Counted from the stretch's first letter, positions 8,735-18,634 are shown. The stretch is DNA of 64,000 nt from Candidatus Krumholzibacteriota bacterium (GCA_963764625.1 CAVXTH010000007.1:160001-224000); one strand, 5' to 3'. The notes: a model not told the origin generated them from the sequence alone. Numbers and translations: made by a program.

Positions 8735-10350
8735 CGATGCATCCCAAGAACCTGCTTCCCACTCTGGCGTTTCTGGCCTGCTTTGGCCTGCTTGCTCCCG
8801 TCTCGGCCAGTGCGCAGTGCATTTTGGCCAACCCCAGTTTCGAGTTGTCCGGATCGGGAGGGCAGACTTTCGGGGGCTGGAATCAGTTCGGGGTGGTCGG
8901 TTCGACGAACCTCGCCACTCACGGCTCCAAAGCGGCCCGGGTCTCTGGCCCGAACTACGGTGGCTGGGACGTGTCGGCCTACTGGCAGGCTCAGGATTGC
9001 GTTCCCGGTGAGCAGTGGGAGATCACCGGCCACGTCAGGATTCCCTCGAGCAAGCCCTTGATCGGGAGCTGCGTGGCCCTGGTGAATGTCGAGTGGCGCG
9101 ATTCGGGAGGGACCCTGATCGACTACGACTCCTTCACCGTTGCGGACGCTTCGTCGCCCACCGACACCTATCTCGATTTCGATTTGACCAGTAGCGCTGC
9201 TCCAACCGGAACCGCCTCCACGCGTCTCCTGCTCGGGGTTCTTCAGAGCCCGAGCGATCCTTCTCCCGATGTCTACTACGACCAGGTCACCTTTTTCAGC
9301 ACCTCTCCTCCAACCATCGACGACCAGCAGTGGAACGATTTCCCGGGGGGACGAACGGTCAGTTTCGGCGGATACACCTGGCGCGTCAAAGGCCCGGGAT
9401 TTTACGGACCCGGAGCCAATCTGTTTTGCGATTCCTCCGACTGCGTCTGGGTGGACTCGAGCAATCAGCTCCATCTCACCCTGCAGAATCGCAGTGGGTC
9501 GTGGTACAGCACCGAGGTCGTCAACGAACAGGCTCTGGGATACGGAGACTACATTCTGACGACGGTCGGCCGCCTGGACCTCATCGACCCCCAGGCCGTT
9601 CTCGGCATCTTCCTGTGGCAGTATGGACCGTGCTGGGACGACGCCTACCTGTGGTGGAATCCGTACAACGAGATCGACGTCGAGTACAGCCGTTGGCAGA
9701 ATCCGGGCGCAGACATCGCCCAGTTCGTCGCCCAACCCTTCGACTACCCGGGCAATCTGGTTCGCTTCGACGCGAGCTTCGCGCCGGGCGAGGTGGTCAG
9801 CCATGCCATGCGGTGGCTTTCGGACAGTGTCGAATACAGAGTGTGGCGCGGGGGTCCGAACGACGAATCACCGGCGAACCTCATTTACTCCTGGACCTAC
9901 ACCGGTCCGCACATTCCCCGCCCCGAGCAGCCACGGATGCACCTGAATCTGTGGAGAATCGACGGCGTGCCGGCCTCGAACCAAGAAGTGATCTTCCAGG
10001 ATTTCACCTACGTGCCCGAGGGAGGCCCGACCGCAGTCGAGGACGGCGGGGTGGCGCGAATTCCCTCGGTATCGGGCGGCCATCTCTACCCCGCGGTGCC
10101 GAATCCCTTCAATCCATCCACCACCATCCGCTTCGACCTGGCCCGGACCGGCTACGCGAGTCTCGAGGTCTACGACCTCAGCGGCCGGCACGTGCGGACC
10201 CTCGACAGCGGTTACCTGAGCGCGGGGCAGCACTGGGCGCTGTGGAACGGGCAGGACGAGCATGGCAAGACGGTGGCTTCTGGCGTGTACTTCCTGCGGC
10301 TGTCGGGCCAGGACTTCGTGAAGACCCAGCGAGTGGCCCTCATCAAATAG
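8731..10350 (+). CDS. Secreted GH16-like glucanase with N-terminal CBM-like domain and FlgD/T9SS-type C-terminal domain
   Basis: Signal peptide; NPSFE...YYDQV CBM-like jelly roll; catalytic NEIDVEYSRW (ExDxE); PNPFNP C-terminal domain ending QRVALIK; overlaps the GH149 stop (ATGA). Confidence 0.8.
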   Translation: MTMHPKNLLPTLAFLACFGLLAPVSASAQCILANPSFELSGSGGQTFGGWNQFGVVGSTNLATHGSKAARVSGPNYGGWDVSAYWQAQDCVPGEQWEITGHVRIPSSKPLIGSCVALVNVEWRDSGGTLIDYDSFTVADASSPTDTYLDFDLTSSAAPTGTASTRLLLGVLQSPSDPSPDVYYDQVTFFSTSPPTIDDQQWNDFPGGRTVSFGGYTWRVKGPGFYGPGANLFCDSSDCVWVDSSNQLHLTLQNRSGSWYSTEVVNEQALGYGDYILTTVGRLDLIDPQAVLGIFLWQYGPCWDDAYLWWNPYNEIDVEYSRWQNPGADIAQFVAQPFDYPGNLVRFDASFAPGEVVSHAMRWLSDSVEYRVWRGGPNDESPANLIYSWTYTGPHIPRPEQPRMHLNLWRIDGVPASNQEVIFQDFTYVPEGGPTAVEDGGVARIPSVSGGHLYPAVPNPFNPSTTIRFDLARTGYASLEVYDLSGRHVRTLDSGYLSAGQHWALWNGQDEHGKTVASGVYFLRLSGQDFVKTQRVALIK

Positions 10351-10380
10351 AAAGGGCCCGGATTTCCGGGCCCCTCCTTC
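10351..10380. terminator. Hairpin between convergent genes
   Basis: GGGCCCGGA-TT-TCCGGGCCC immediately after the stop at 10350. Confidence 0.6.
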
Positions 10381-10408
10381 GCTGGAATGAACTTTCCAGA
10401 ATCTTCGT

Positions 10409-11143
10409 CTAGTGGAAGAGAGCCTTCACTTTGCCGAAGCTCGATTCCTGCGCCGAAATCGCGCCGTCCATGAAGAAGCTCACGTTGTCGTAGAAGGTTC
10501 CCGAGGCCTCGAAGTTCGTGGCCCGATTCGAGAAGCCAAACTGCAGAATCTGGCCGGCCAGGCTCGGGACGATATCGATCGACAGCGCGTAATCACCCCA
10601 AGTCGCGGGGATGGATGTCATGTCTACCGTGATGAAATTCGTCGTCGCATAGCCGTTACCGGGATCCAGGGTCTTGATGAAGGCCAGAGCCGTCGAGGCT
10701 CCCGCCAGGTCACCGTGTTTGGCCTGGAAGGTGAAGAACCATTTTCCGCCAACGTCACCCGCAGCGATCGTCTGCTCGTGAAAGACATTGGACTCGACGA
10801 TATTTCCCGCGTTGTGCGCGTCGGCATTGTTGTAGTCGCTGAACACGACCAGTTGTTGGGCTCCCTGGGCCGCGCCGCCCTCCCCGGCCGCGATCGTACA
10901 GAACGCGTAGGGGGGACCGCTGTTGGGTGCCGGAAAGGCGCCATAGCCGCCGATATACGTGACGCCGTCTGGAGCAAAGACATTGCCGTAGACCAGCCAG
11001 CCATCGGCGCCAAGAGCGCCCGTGTCCGTCTGCCCGAGGGTCTCGAAATCCTGGCCGTACCCGCTTAGCTGAGCGCTCGCCATCACCGGCATCAGGCAGA
11101 TCAGCAGGGCGGCCGCAAAGATCGCAGTAGCTCGATTGGTCAT
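10409..11143 (-). CDS. Secreted protein, paralog of 4229..5206, ending in the short SFGKVKALFH tail
   Basis: GAGAGGA RBS and signal peptide. Shares DGWLVYGNVF, GYGAFPAPN, QGAQQLVVFSDY, STALAFIKTLDP and TNFITVDMT with 4229..5206. Confidence 0.85.
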   Translation of the reverse strand: MTNRATAIFAAALLICLMPVMASAQLSGYGQDFETLGQTDTGALGADGWLVYGNVFAPDGVTYIGGYGAFPAPNSGPPYAFCTIAAGEGGAAQGAQQLVVFSDYNNADAHNAGNIVESNVFHEQTIAAGDVGGKWFFTFQAKHGDLAGASTALAFIKTLDPGNGYATTNFITVDMTSIPATWGDYALSIDIVPSLAGQILQFGFSNRATNFEASGTFYDNVSFFMDGAISAQESSFGKVKALFH

Positions 11144-11257
11144 CTCATTGTCCTCTCGTTATTGAGATCTGAAGTTCTTGCTACCGAAAAAGCACTCGGA
11201 ATCGGAGCCGTCTCGCCCAGCGGCATGCGTGGCTGATTCCAGTACGATCAGTCTATA

Positions 11258-11280
11258 CTATGTTCGGTAACCGAATCAAG
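11258..11280. promoter_or_regulatory. Operator site 2 (CTATGTTCG-N5-CGAATCAAG)
   Basis: Imperfect copy of the site 1/3 palindrome in the divergent intergenic region. On the minus strand it overlaps a TTGATT...TAGACT promoter-like pair. Confidence 0.55.
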
Positions 11281-11356
11281 TCCTAGATTGACGGCAGGGC
11301 GCAAGATAGGGCAGGGTGGGCCAGAATTCTGTTGACCCCCTTGTCGCGAGCGGATA

Positions 11357-11379
11357 CTTTGTTCGTAGTTCGAACAAAG
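11357..11379. promoter_or_regulatory. Operator site 3 (CTTTGTTCG-N5-CGAACAAAG), overlapping the putative -10 of the MFS promoter
   Basis: Perfect 9-bp inverted repeat. TTGACC (11332)-N17-TACTTT overlaps its left arm. Confidence 0.75.
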
Positions 11380-11434
11380 ATCTAGCTCTCTGGGGAAGGT
11401 CAGGGAAGCGCAAGCCCGCAAACGAGATGGCCTG

Positions 11435-12916
11435 ATGAATCCTGCCGTCCATTCCAGAACTGCGCCCGAGGATCGAGTCCGCTTCCCCCACCGGCTGGCC
11501 TACGGGGCTGGCGCCTTCGTCAATAATCTCCTGGCCGCGGCCAGTGGCGGGATGATGATCGTCCTGAACCTGGGACTCGGGATGAACCCCGGGCTGGTGG
11601 GTCTCTTGGGGGCTCTGCCCCGGCTGACCGACGCCTTCACCGATCCCCTCATGGGGTACATTTCGGACAACACCCATACGCGGTGGGGGCGCCGGCGTCC
11701 CTACATCTTCTGGGGCGCCATCGCGGCCGGGATCATCTTCGCTTTGCTGTGGCAGCTCCCCCGCGATCGAAGCCAGGCCTTCTACTTCATCTTCTTCCTC
11801 GTGGGATCGATTCTCTTCTACGGCGGGTACACGGTCTTCGCCACGCCCTGGGTCGCTCTCGGCTATGAGCTCACGCCCGACTACAACGAGCGAACTCGTC
11901 TGATGGGCACGCAGAACTTCATCGGTCAGCTCGCCTATGTGGTCTCCCCTTGGTTTCTCTGGATCATGAACTCGGGAAAATTCTTCCCGGATCAGGTTTC
12001 CGGAGCGGCCGGACTGGCCATCATCGTGGCGGTGGTGGCCATCGGATTGGGTATTCTGCCAGCGATTTTTCTGCGCGAGCGCATGCAGAGTTTGGCGGCG
12101 GAGGAGATGGAGGTCTCCAAGGCAGCCGGGAAAGGCGAGGAGCGGGCTCTCAAGCACAACCTCAGAGAGTTCTTCAAGGGATTCAAGGTCACGCTGTCGA
12201 ATGGGCCCTTCCTGAAGCTGTGTATGGCTACCTTCCTGGTGTTCAACGGCTTCATGCTCATCGCCTCGTTCCAATACTACGTGATCATCTACTACGTGTG
12301 CGGTGGCGACCAGACCGCCGGCGCCAAGTACGCCGGCTTGGCCGGCACCGTGGGCGCGGTGTGCACCTTCGCCGTGGTCGCGTTCGTCACCTGGCTCGGC
12401 ACCAGGATCGGAAAGCGCCACACCTTCTTCTTGGCCATCGGTCTCTCCATCATCGGTTACGGTCTGAAGTGGGTCTGCTACAACCCGAACGTGCCGCTGT
12501 TGGTGGTGCTTCCCGCGCCGCTAATGGCTTTCGGCTTGGGCGGTCTGTTCACTCTGGTTCCATCCATGATCGCCGACGTGGTGGACACGGACGAACTCAC
12601 GACGCACGAACGGCGTGAGGGAATGTTCGGCTCGATCTTCTGGTGGATGGTGAAACTGGGAATGGCAGCGGCACTGGCCGGCGGTGGCTATCTGCTCAAT
12701 GCCACCGGCTTCGAGGTCGACCTGGGGGGGAACCAGGCGCACCATTCCATCATTCTTCTGCGGCTGTGCGACGCGGGGATCCCCATGGTCACCTCAGCCC
12801 TGGCGATCTGGGCCGTGGCCAAGTTCCCGATTTCCGAGGCGAAAGCCCTCGAGGTGCGCCAGGAACTCGAACGCCGTAGAGGGCGGCCGGTGGCGGCCGA
12901 TGCGATGGGGAGTTGA
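11435..12916 (+). CDS. GPH-family (MelB-like) MFS sugar:cation symporter
   Basis: About 12 TM segments; RLTDAFTDPLMGYISDNTHTRWGRRRPYI, ELTPDYNERTRL, SMIADVVD...RREGMF. Confidence 0.9.
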   Translation: MNPAVHSRTAPEDRVRFPHRLAYGAGAFVNNLLAAASGGMMIVLNLGLGMNPGLVGLLGALPRLTDAFTDPLMGYISDNTHTRWGRRRPYIFWGAIAAGIIFALLWQLPRDRSQAFYFIFFLVGSILFYGGYTVFATPWVALGYELTPDYNERTRLMGTQNFIGQLAYVVSPWFLWIMNSGKFFPDQVSGAAGLAIIVAVVAIGLGILPAIFLRERMQSLAAEEMEVSKAAGKGEERALKHNLREFFKGFKVTLSNGPFLKLCMATFLVFNGFMLIASFQYYVIIYYVCGGDQTAGAKYAGLAGTVGAVCTFAVVAFVTWLGTRIGKRHTFFLAIGLSIIGYGLKWVCYNPNVPLLVVLPAPLMAFGLGGLFTLVPSMIADVVDTDELTTHERREGMFGSIFWWMVKLGMAAALAGGGYLLNATGFEVDLGGNQAHHSIILLRLCDAGIPMVTSALAIWAVAKFPISEAKALEVRQELERRRGRPVAADAMGS

Positions 12917-13929
12917 GTTCCATGCAGCTTCGCTCCGGCGTGGCTATCCTGCTCTTGGGCTCGATCTTGGCCCTCTTCGTGACCGGGATCGCGGGCTCTT
13001 TGGGCCCAGCTCACGCTGAGTCTCGCTCCCCCGGAGAGGAGATTTTCGCAGTGCGTCCCCTGCGGTTGGAAGAAAACGGCACCTGGATCGGAAACGCAAT
13101 CTGCTACAGCCCCTATCGAGACGGTCAGCGCCCGGGGGGCGCTACTCCCACCCCGGCTCAACTCCGCGAAGACTTGCGCTTGATGCTTCCGCACTGGAAA
13201 CTGCTGCGTACTTATGGAGCTTCCGGCTTTGCCGAGAACCTGCTCGAGCTGATTCGCGCCGACGATTTGGAAATGAAAGTGATGCTCGGCGTGTGGATCG
13301 CATCCGAGGATACCGCTCTGAATCGACGCGAAGTCGATGCAGCGGTACGCTTGGCAAACGCATTCCCCAATATCGTTCTCGCGGTTTGCGTCAGCAACGA
13401 GACTCAGGTCTCTTGGTCGTACAATCGGATCCCAGCCAGCGAGTTGATCGAGTATGTGCGTCGCGTGCGCGCAAGAGTTGCGGCACCGGTAACGGTGGCC
13501 GACGACCTCAAATACTGGAACAAGCCGGAGAGTCGCAAAGTTGCGGCTGAAATCGATTTCATCACCTTGCACGCGCACCCCCTGTGGAACGGAATCCTTT
13601 TGCCCGACGCCCTCTCGTGGCTGCAGGAGCAGGTGGAGGCGGTGCAGGCCATGCATCCCGAGCGGGAGATCGTGCTCGGCGAGACGGGTTGGGCTACCGC
13701 CTATTCCGACGAGGGCGAGCAGGGTGCGTTGATCAAAGGCCAGACCGGCGAGAGCGAGCAGAAACTGTTCTACCAGGCCACTCGGAGATGGGCCGAGACG
13801 AAGAAACTGCCCATATTCACCTTCGAGGCCTTCGACGAAAACTGGAAGGGCGGTACGGACCCGACCGAGGTGGAGAAGCACTGGGGTCTGTTTCGTGCCG
13901 ACCGATCGGCGAAAATGGCACTTCGTTGA
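12913..13929 (+). CDS. GH17 beta-1,3-glucanase/glucosidase with signal peptide or anchor
   Basis: AICYSPYRDGQ, LRTYG, VMLGVWI, VSNE, LGETGW, FEAFDENWK, EKHWGLF. The start may be ATG at 12922. Confidence 0.88.
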   Translation: MSSMQLRSGVAILLLGSILALFVTGIAGSLGPAHAESRSPGEEIFAVRPLRLEENGTWIGNAICYSPYRDGQRPGGATPTPAQLREDLRLMLPHWKLLRTYGASGFAENLLELIRADDLEMKVMLGVWIASEDTALNRREVDAAVRLANAFPNIVLAVCVSNETQVSWSYNRIPASELIEYVRRVRARVAAPVTVADDLKYWNKPESRKVAAEIDFITLHAHPLWNGILLPDALSWLQEQVEAVQAMHPEREIVLGETGWATAYSDEGEQGALIKGQTGESEQKLFYQATRRWAETKKLPIFTFEAFDENWKGGTDPTEVEKHWGLFRADRSAKMALR

Positions 13930-14036
13930 ACAATTCTGCTGAGCAGGATGGCAACTTCCCATTCCGAGTTCGTCGAATCGAAGCCGGGCGCATCGCTCGC
14001 GTGAGCATACGCGTGAGCGACGCGCCCCGTGTGACC

Positions 14037-14444
14037 TCAGTGCTTGGGAATCATGGGGCACTCGAAACGCTTGACCACGTCGCCGATGGAGATCTGTCCG
14101 GCATCGGCAGCGTTTTGGACTTGCTCTGCGTTGGTGAACTGGGTTGGCGAGATCGATAGCCACTCGATCGGACGGACCTCCCAACGACCCCCGTTGAACT
14201 CCATGTCACCGGGCGCGGCGTCCGCGACATTGGCCAAGTCACCGCCCAGAACATAGATGGTGTCGAATTTCCCCTGCGGGGGAAGATTCGTGGGGGTCCC
14301 GATGGTCTTGTACTGCTGGTCGTGGGCGTAGATCGTACCGGCGGGTGGACCGCCCTTGGCAAAGGCGATCGAACCCAGGGTTACGGTCATGGCCATCGCC
14401 ATGACGAGAGCCGTGAGCAGGAAAGTGCTTCTGTGCGTTTTCAT
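14037..14444 (-). CDS. Small secreted hypothetical protein
   Basis: AGAGGAG RBS, signal peptide ending AFA, typical codon usage; VADAAPGDMEFNGGRW and FECPMIP motifs. Confidence 0.75.
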   Translation of the reverse strand: MKTHRSTFLLTALVMAMAMTVTLGSIAFAKGGPPAGTIYAHDQQYKTIGTPTNLPPQGKFDTIYVLGGDLANVADAAPGDMEFNGGRWEVRPIEWLSISPTQFTNAEQVQNAADAGQISIGDVVKRFECPMIPKH

Positions 14445-14800
14445 AGACGTATCTCCTCTGAACTATTAGGAGCGCGAAACGGGACAGGGCCGCGTTCGCG
14501 CGGGGGAAGTCGCCGGTGGGATCGGTGTCTTGAGTACGCATCACTGAGAGAGCTGTGACCGAAGGGTACTGGACCTCAGATTGACCATTTTGATCGTGTG
14601 CGTACGCGAAGCTCGAACTCGAGCTATAAGGCCCTTGAACTCGCCGCCTCTCCTCGAGACACGTCGATTAGGTGGGTAAACTCACTATGGCCGGGAGATC
14701 CCAAGAACCAATTCGCGGCGACATTGTCTCAGTTCGGCTCCTCGGATATGATGATTGGGCCCTGTCCCACGATATTCCCCATACGAGGGTGGAGTAGTCA

Positions 14801-17029
14801 ATGGTCCCCAGCCATGAGCACCGCGCTATCACTTGTTTCTTCCTGTTTCTGTTCCTGATCATTGCTTCCATCGCGAATGCGGCAGACACCACTCTGCAAA
14901 ACGATGGTTTCTACGCAGGAGCGGGAGTCGGCTTCCAAGGTGGTTTCGTTACCGGCGAGATCGGCGCGTCGCGCTTCACTCCGCCCGGTTCCGTCCAGCT
15001 CAAGCAGGTACTCTTTCTGTTCGGAGGGGCCGGCGGTTCAGCGACGATCACTCTGCACATTTGGGACGATTCGGCCCTGAGACCAATCTCCGGCGTTGAA
15101 CTCTACAGCAACGACTATCTCCTCACCCCCTCGGATACCGATCTCCAACAGATCGATTTGAGCGGAGAGAGCATCTACGTCTCGGGGCCTTTTCGGGTGG
15201 GCATCCAGTTTCAGCAGGACGGGTACCCCTCCATTGCGCGCGATGACGACGGAACGATCACGTCCTCGTTGAACTACATCAACGCGAGCGGTCTGGGATG
15301 GTATCAATCGTCTCTCTTGGGATTGACCGGAGACTGGATCATCCGGGCCGTGGTTGGAACCGCACCCGCATCCTACACCGTCGGCGGTACGGTCAGCGGA
15401 TTGAACGGCATTCTAGTGTTGCAAAACAATGGGGGAGACGACCTGGTGATCAGCGGCGACGGCGCCTTCTCTTTCGCAACGCCTCTTACTGACGGCAGCA
15501 GCTACGAAGTGACCGTACTCTCCGCTCCAGCCAATCAGAACTGTGTGGTGAGCATGGGGACGGGAACCATCTCCGGGTCGAACGTGACCAACGTCTCCGT
15601 GAGCTGCAGCGATAAGCCGACGACAGTGCAGGTATTGCAACACGATAGCTTCATCCCCGGTCAGAACGCGGGTTTTCAGGCCGGATTTGTGGCCAACGAG
15701 ATCGCTGCGGTTCGTTTCACTCCGCCTGGTCTAGTTCATCTCGAAGCGGTACGATTTCTCTTTGGAGGAGCGTCAGGACTCACCTCGATTCGTTTGCACG
15801 TATGGGATGACGCCGCGGAAACGGATGATCCCGGCACCGAACTCTTGGCTCAGGATTACCTCATCGATGCTTCGGACGTCGCGCTCCAGGAGATCGATCT
15901 CGGTTCGCAGGGCCTCCAGCTCACGGGACCGTTCCGGGTGGGGGTCGAGCTTCTCGCGGCGGGTCTGCCATCGGTGGCGAGGGACGATGACGGCAACATC
16001 GACAGCGCGGTCAATTTCATTCTGGGCCAAAGCATCGGCTGGGTGAAGTCGAGTACGGTGGGTCTCACCGGCGACTGGATCTTGCGGGCGATTGTGAGTC
16101 TCGCTTCATCGTTCCCGGAACCCATCATCTTGGCAGTGGATGACATCGGCAACGATCAAGGGGGACAAGTACGTCTGAGCTTTCAGAGCTCGAGCCAGGA
16201 TGCTCTGGGAGCCACGCAGCCGGTGCTGAGCTATGAGGCCTATCGCCGCATCGACTCGCTGCCCTTCGGAGCCATCGCTGGGGTCTCCGCCAAAAAGCTA
16301 GCGGGCTGGGAATACGTGGGTGCGGTTCCGGCGCACGGTGAAACCGAGTACAACATGATCGTGCCCACCCTGGCCGATTCCACCATCAGCCAGGGAATGC
16401 ACTGGTCGGTGTTCTTCGTTCGGGCCGCGACCGCCTCGCCAACGATTTTCTACGATGCGGCGCCCGATTCCGGCTGGTCGCTGGACAACCTGGCACCGAG
16501 CGCGCCCAACAATCTCGTGTTGAACGCGGCGCAGCTCGATTGGACTCCCGCGGCCGAATCGGATTTCGACTACTACAGGGTGTACGGTTCCTCGACCGGA
16601 GCCCTCGACGGGTCAGAGATGCTACTGGGCGCCACGAGCGCGAACTCGTATTCCGTTTCAGGCAGCCCCCAGCCGTATTATCTGGTGACCGTTGTCGATT
16701 TCGCGGGGAACGAAGGCGAGGCTTCCGCGGTGCAGAATACCGCCACCGGGGTCGAGAACGTGCCCCCCCGCGATTTGTGGGTGCGCGTGAGTCCCAACCC
16801 CTTCAACCCGGCCACCTCGATTCGCTTCTACTTGCCCGAAGCGGCGCCGGTCAGTCTGCGGGTCTATGACCAGAGGGGGCGGCTGGTGGACACGCTCTTG
16901 CGGTCACAACCGTTTCCGCAAGGGGAACACCTCGTGCCCTATCGAAGCGAACTGCCGAGCGGAGTCTATTTGCTGAAGCTGATCAGTGCGAATCAAAGCC
17001 AGACGGCTAAGATCAGTCTGGTGCGTTGA
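14801..17029 (+). CDS. Secreted modular protein: duplicated ~160-aa domain, Ig-like domain, FN3-like domain, PNPFNP C-terminal domain
   Basis: Signal peptide; two copies of LQxD...GFQxGFV..EI...RFTPPG...ARDDDG...GLTGDWIxRAxV; YTVGGTVSGL..LVLQNNGGDDL Ig repeat; DIGNDQGGQVRL; DNLAPSAP; PNPFNP...KISLVR. Confidence 0.85.
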   Translation: MVPSHEHRAITCFFLFLFLIIASIANAADTTLQNDGFYAGAGVGFQGGFVTGEIGASRFTPPGSVQLKQVLFLFGGAGGSATITLHIWDDSALRPISGVELYSNDYLLTPSDTDLQQIDLSGESIYVSGPFRVGIQFQQDGYPSIARDDDGTITSSLNYINASGLGWYQSSLLGLTGDWIIRAVVGTAPASYTVGGTVSGLNGILVLQNNGGDDLVISGDGAFSFATPLTDGSSYEVTVLSAPANQNCVVSMGTGTISGSNVTNVSVSCSDKPTTVQVLQHDSFIPGQNAGFQAGFVANEIAAVRFTPPGLVHLEAVRFLFGGASGLTSIRLHVWDDAAETDDPGTELLAQDYLIDASDVALQEIDLGSQGLQLTGPFRVGVELLAAGLPSVARDDDGNIDSAVNFILGQSIGWVKSSTVGLTGDWILRAIVSLASSFPEPIILAVDDIGNDQGGQVRLSFQSSSQDALGATQPVLSYEAYRRIDSLPFGAIAGVSAKKLAGWEYVGAVPAHGETEYNMIVPTLADSTISQGMHWSVFFVRAATASPTIFYDAAPDSGWSLDNLAPSAPNNLVLNAAQLDWTPAAESDFDYYRVYGSSTGALDGSEMLLGATSANSYSVSGSPQPYYLVTVVDFAGNEGEASAVQNTATGVENVPPRDLWVRVSPNPFNPATSIRFYLPEAAPVSLRVYDQRGRLVDTLLRSQPFPQGEHLVPYRSELPSGVYLLKLISANQSQTAKISLVR

Positions 17030-17074
17030 GCTCGGGGAATGTGGTGTTTGCTCTCCTGAAGAGCGGGACCTCTC

Positions 17075-18631
17075 CTAGCGCAGCCCGAGCTTGCGCGCCA
17101 GATGGTGGAGATTGCTGCGGTGCATTCCCAACTGACGGGCTGCCGCCGCCCAGTTGCCGTCATTCGTTTGCACCGCGGCCTCAATGACGCGCCGTTGATA
17201 GTCGCGCGTTCTCTCGCGCAGTCCGCGTTCGTCTTCCTTTTGGGTCGTCTCCGGTTGGTTTCGAGACTCTGTGGGCGCACCCGCGCCGCTGCGGACGTCG
17301 AAATGATGGCTCTCGAGAATGAGAGGTTCCCGACTGGTGTGACCGCGGGCGCCGCGCAGCGCCGCACGGCTCACCACGTTTTCGAGTTCGCGGGCATTGC
17401 CCGGCCAATCGGCCGTCATGAGTCTTTCACGGGCCTCGGGTGAGAGGCGCACGGGGCCCAGGCCAAGCTTGCGGCGAGTTTGGTCCAGAAAGTGCGCAGC
17501 AAGCAGCGGAATATCCTCCCGCCGTTCGCGCAGCGGCGGAACAATCAGCGGATATACGGCCAGCCGGTGGTAGAGATCGGCCCGGAAGCGGCCGGTGGCG
17601 ACCTCCTGCTCGAGATCGCGGTTCGTCGCGGCGATGACTCGAACGTCGACGTGGTGGGTTCGATCGTCCCCAACCCGCTGGATCTCGCCCTGCTGGAGAA
17701 CCCGGAGCAGTGTCGGTTGCAGAGTGAGGGGTAGTTCACCGATCTCGTCCAGAAACAAACTTGCTCCGTCTGCGATTTCGAACTTGCCGGCGCGGTCGCG
17801 CGTGGCTCCGGTGAATGCTCCCGCGACATGACCGAAGAGTTCGCTCTCTGCGATCGACTCCGGGAGAGCCGCGCAGTTGACGTGAATGAGCGCCTCCTCG
17901 CGACGCGTGGACTCAGCGTGAACTTGCTGTGCCACGAGTTCCTTTCCCACTCCGGTCTCCCCTAAGATCAATACCGACAAATCGCTTGCCGATACCAAGC
18001 TGATGTCGCGGCGAAGCCGTTCGATCGAGCGACTATTCCCCAGAATCTGAAGGGTGTTGCTGCTGCGCTGAAGTTCGCGTGCCACCGCGCCTTTGCGTTC
18101 CGCCATTCGCTCGATCGATTCGATGAGGGACGCAGTGTGCAGCGCAGCACCGGCGATCGCGGCCAGGGCTTCGAGCCACTGAGGTTCCAGTGCATCGAAC
18201 GCAGTGGGGGAGAGGGCATCCGCGGTCAGCGCCCCCACCACTTGTCCACCCTCGGTCAACGCGCAGCCCAGGCAGGCGTGAATGTGGTGGAGGGCGCGTG
18301 GATCGGAAGAGAGGTAGCCATCGAAGGGATCGGGAAGAGACGAATCCACTGGAAACCGGACCGCGCCCTCCGACGAGAGGATAATGTTCAAACGCGGGTG
18401 TTCGCTGCGTGGGTAGTGCCGGACCAGCGCTTCGTCGGTCAGACCATGGGCCGCGACGGGGACCAATTCCTCCCCCTGAAGTCGCAGGAGACACGCCGCG
18501 TCGCAGGGGATCAGACCTCGCAGCGCGGTGAGAAGCCGGTCATAACGGTCTTCGGCAGCGAGGGAAGCGGTCAGGTCCCGCGCGATTTCCAGGAAAATCT
18601 CCAGGCCCTCTGGCTGTTGTTGATCTGACAA
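17075..18631 (-). CDS. norR: NO-responsive sigma54-dependent activator NorR
   Basis: GAF domain with DPFDG and HIHACLG, AAA+ domain with GETGVGKE and [16 protein letters not shown]-terminal HTH ([25 protein letters not shown]); divergent from ric and a nor remnant. Confidence 0.9.
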   Translation of the reverse strand: MSDQQQPEGLEIFLEIARDLTASLAAEDRYDRLLTALRGLIPCDAACLLRLQGEELVPVAAHGLTDEALVRHYPRSEHPRLNIILSSEGAVRFPVDSSLPDPFDGYLSSDPRALHHIHACLGCALTEGGQVVGALTADALSPTAFDALEPQWLEALAAIAGAALHTASLIESIERMAERKGAVARELQRSSNTLQILGNSRSIERLRRDISLVSASDLSVLILGETGVGKELVAQQVHAESTRREEALIHVNCAALPESIAESELFGHVAGAFTGATRDRAGKFEIADGASLFLDEIGELPLTLQPTLLRVLQQGEIQRVGDDRTHHVDVRVIAATNRDLEQEVATGRFRADLYHRLAVYPLIVPPLRERREDIPLLAAHFLDQTRRKLGLGPVRLSPEARERLMTADWPGNARELENVVSRAALRGARGHTSREPLILESHHFDVRSGAGAPTESRNQPETTQKEDERGLRERTRDYQRRVIEAAVQTNDGNWAAAARQLGMHRSNLHHLARKLGLR

Positions 18632-18634
18632 CGA

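Noticed and set aside
4138-11379. Operator read as a LexA/SOS box
   Set aside because: Arm order and spacing (GTTCG-N5-CGAAC) are the reverse of the Gram-positive GAAC-N4-GTTC box, and the sites flank carbohydrate genes.
14450-14800. Possible riboswitch or ECF promoter upstream of 14444
   Set aside because: No recognisable aptamer consensus; the GTCACA...CGTA spacing is only borderline.
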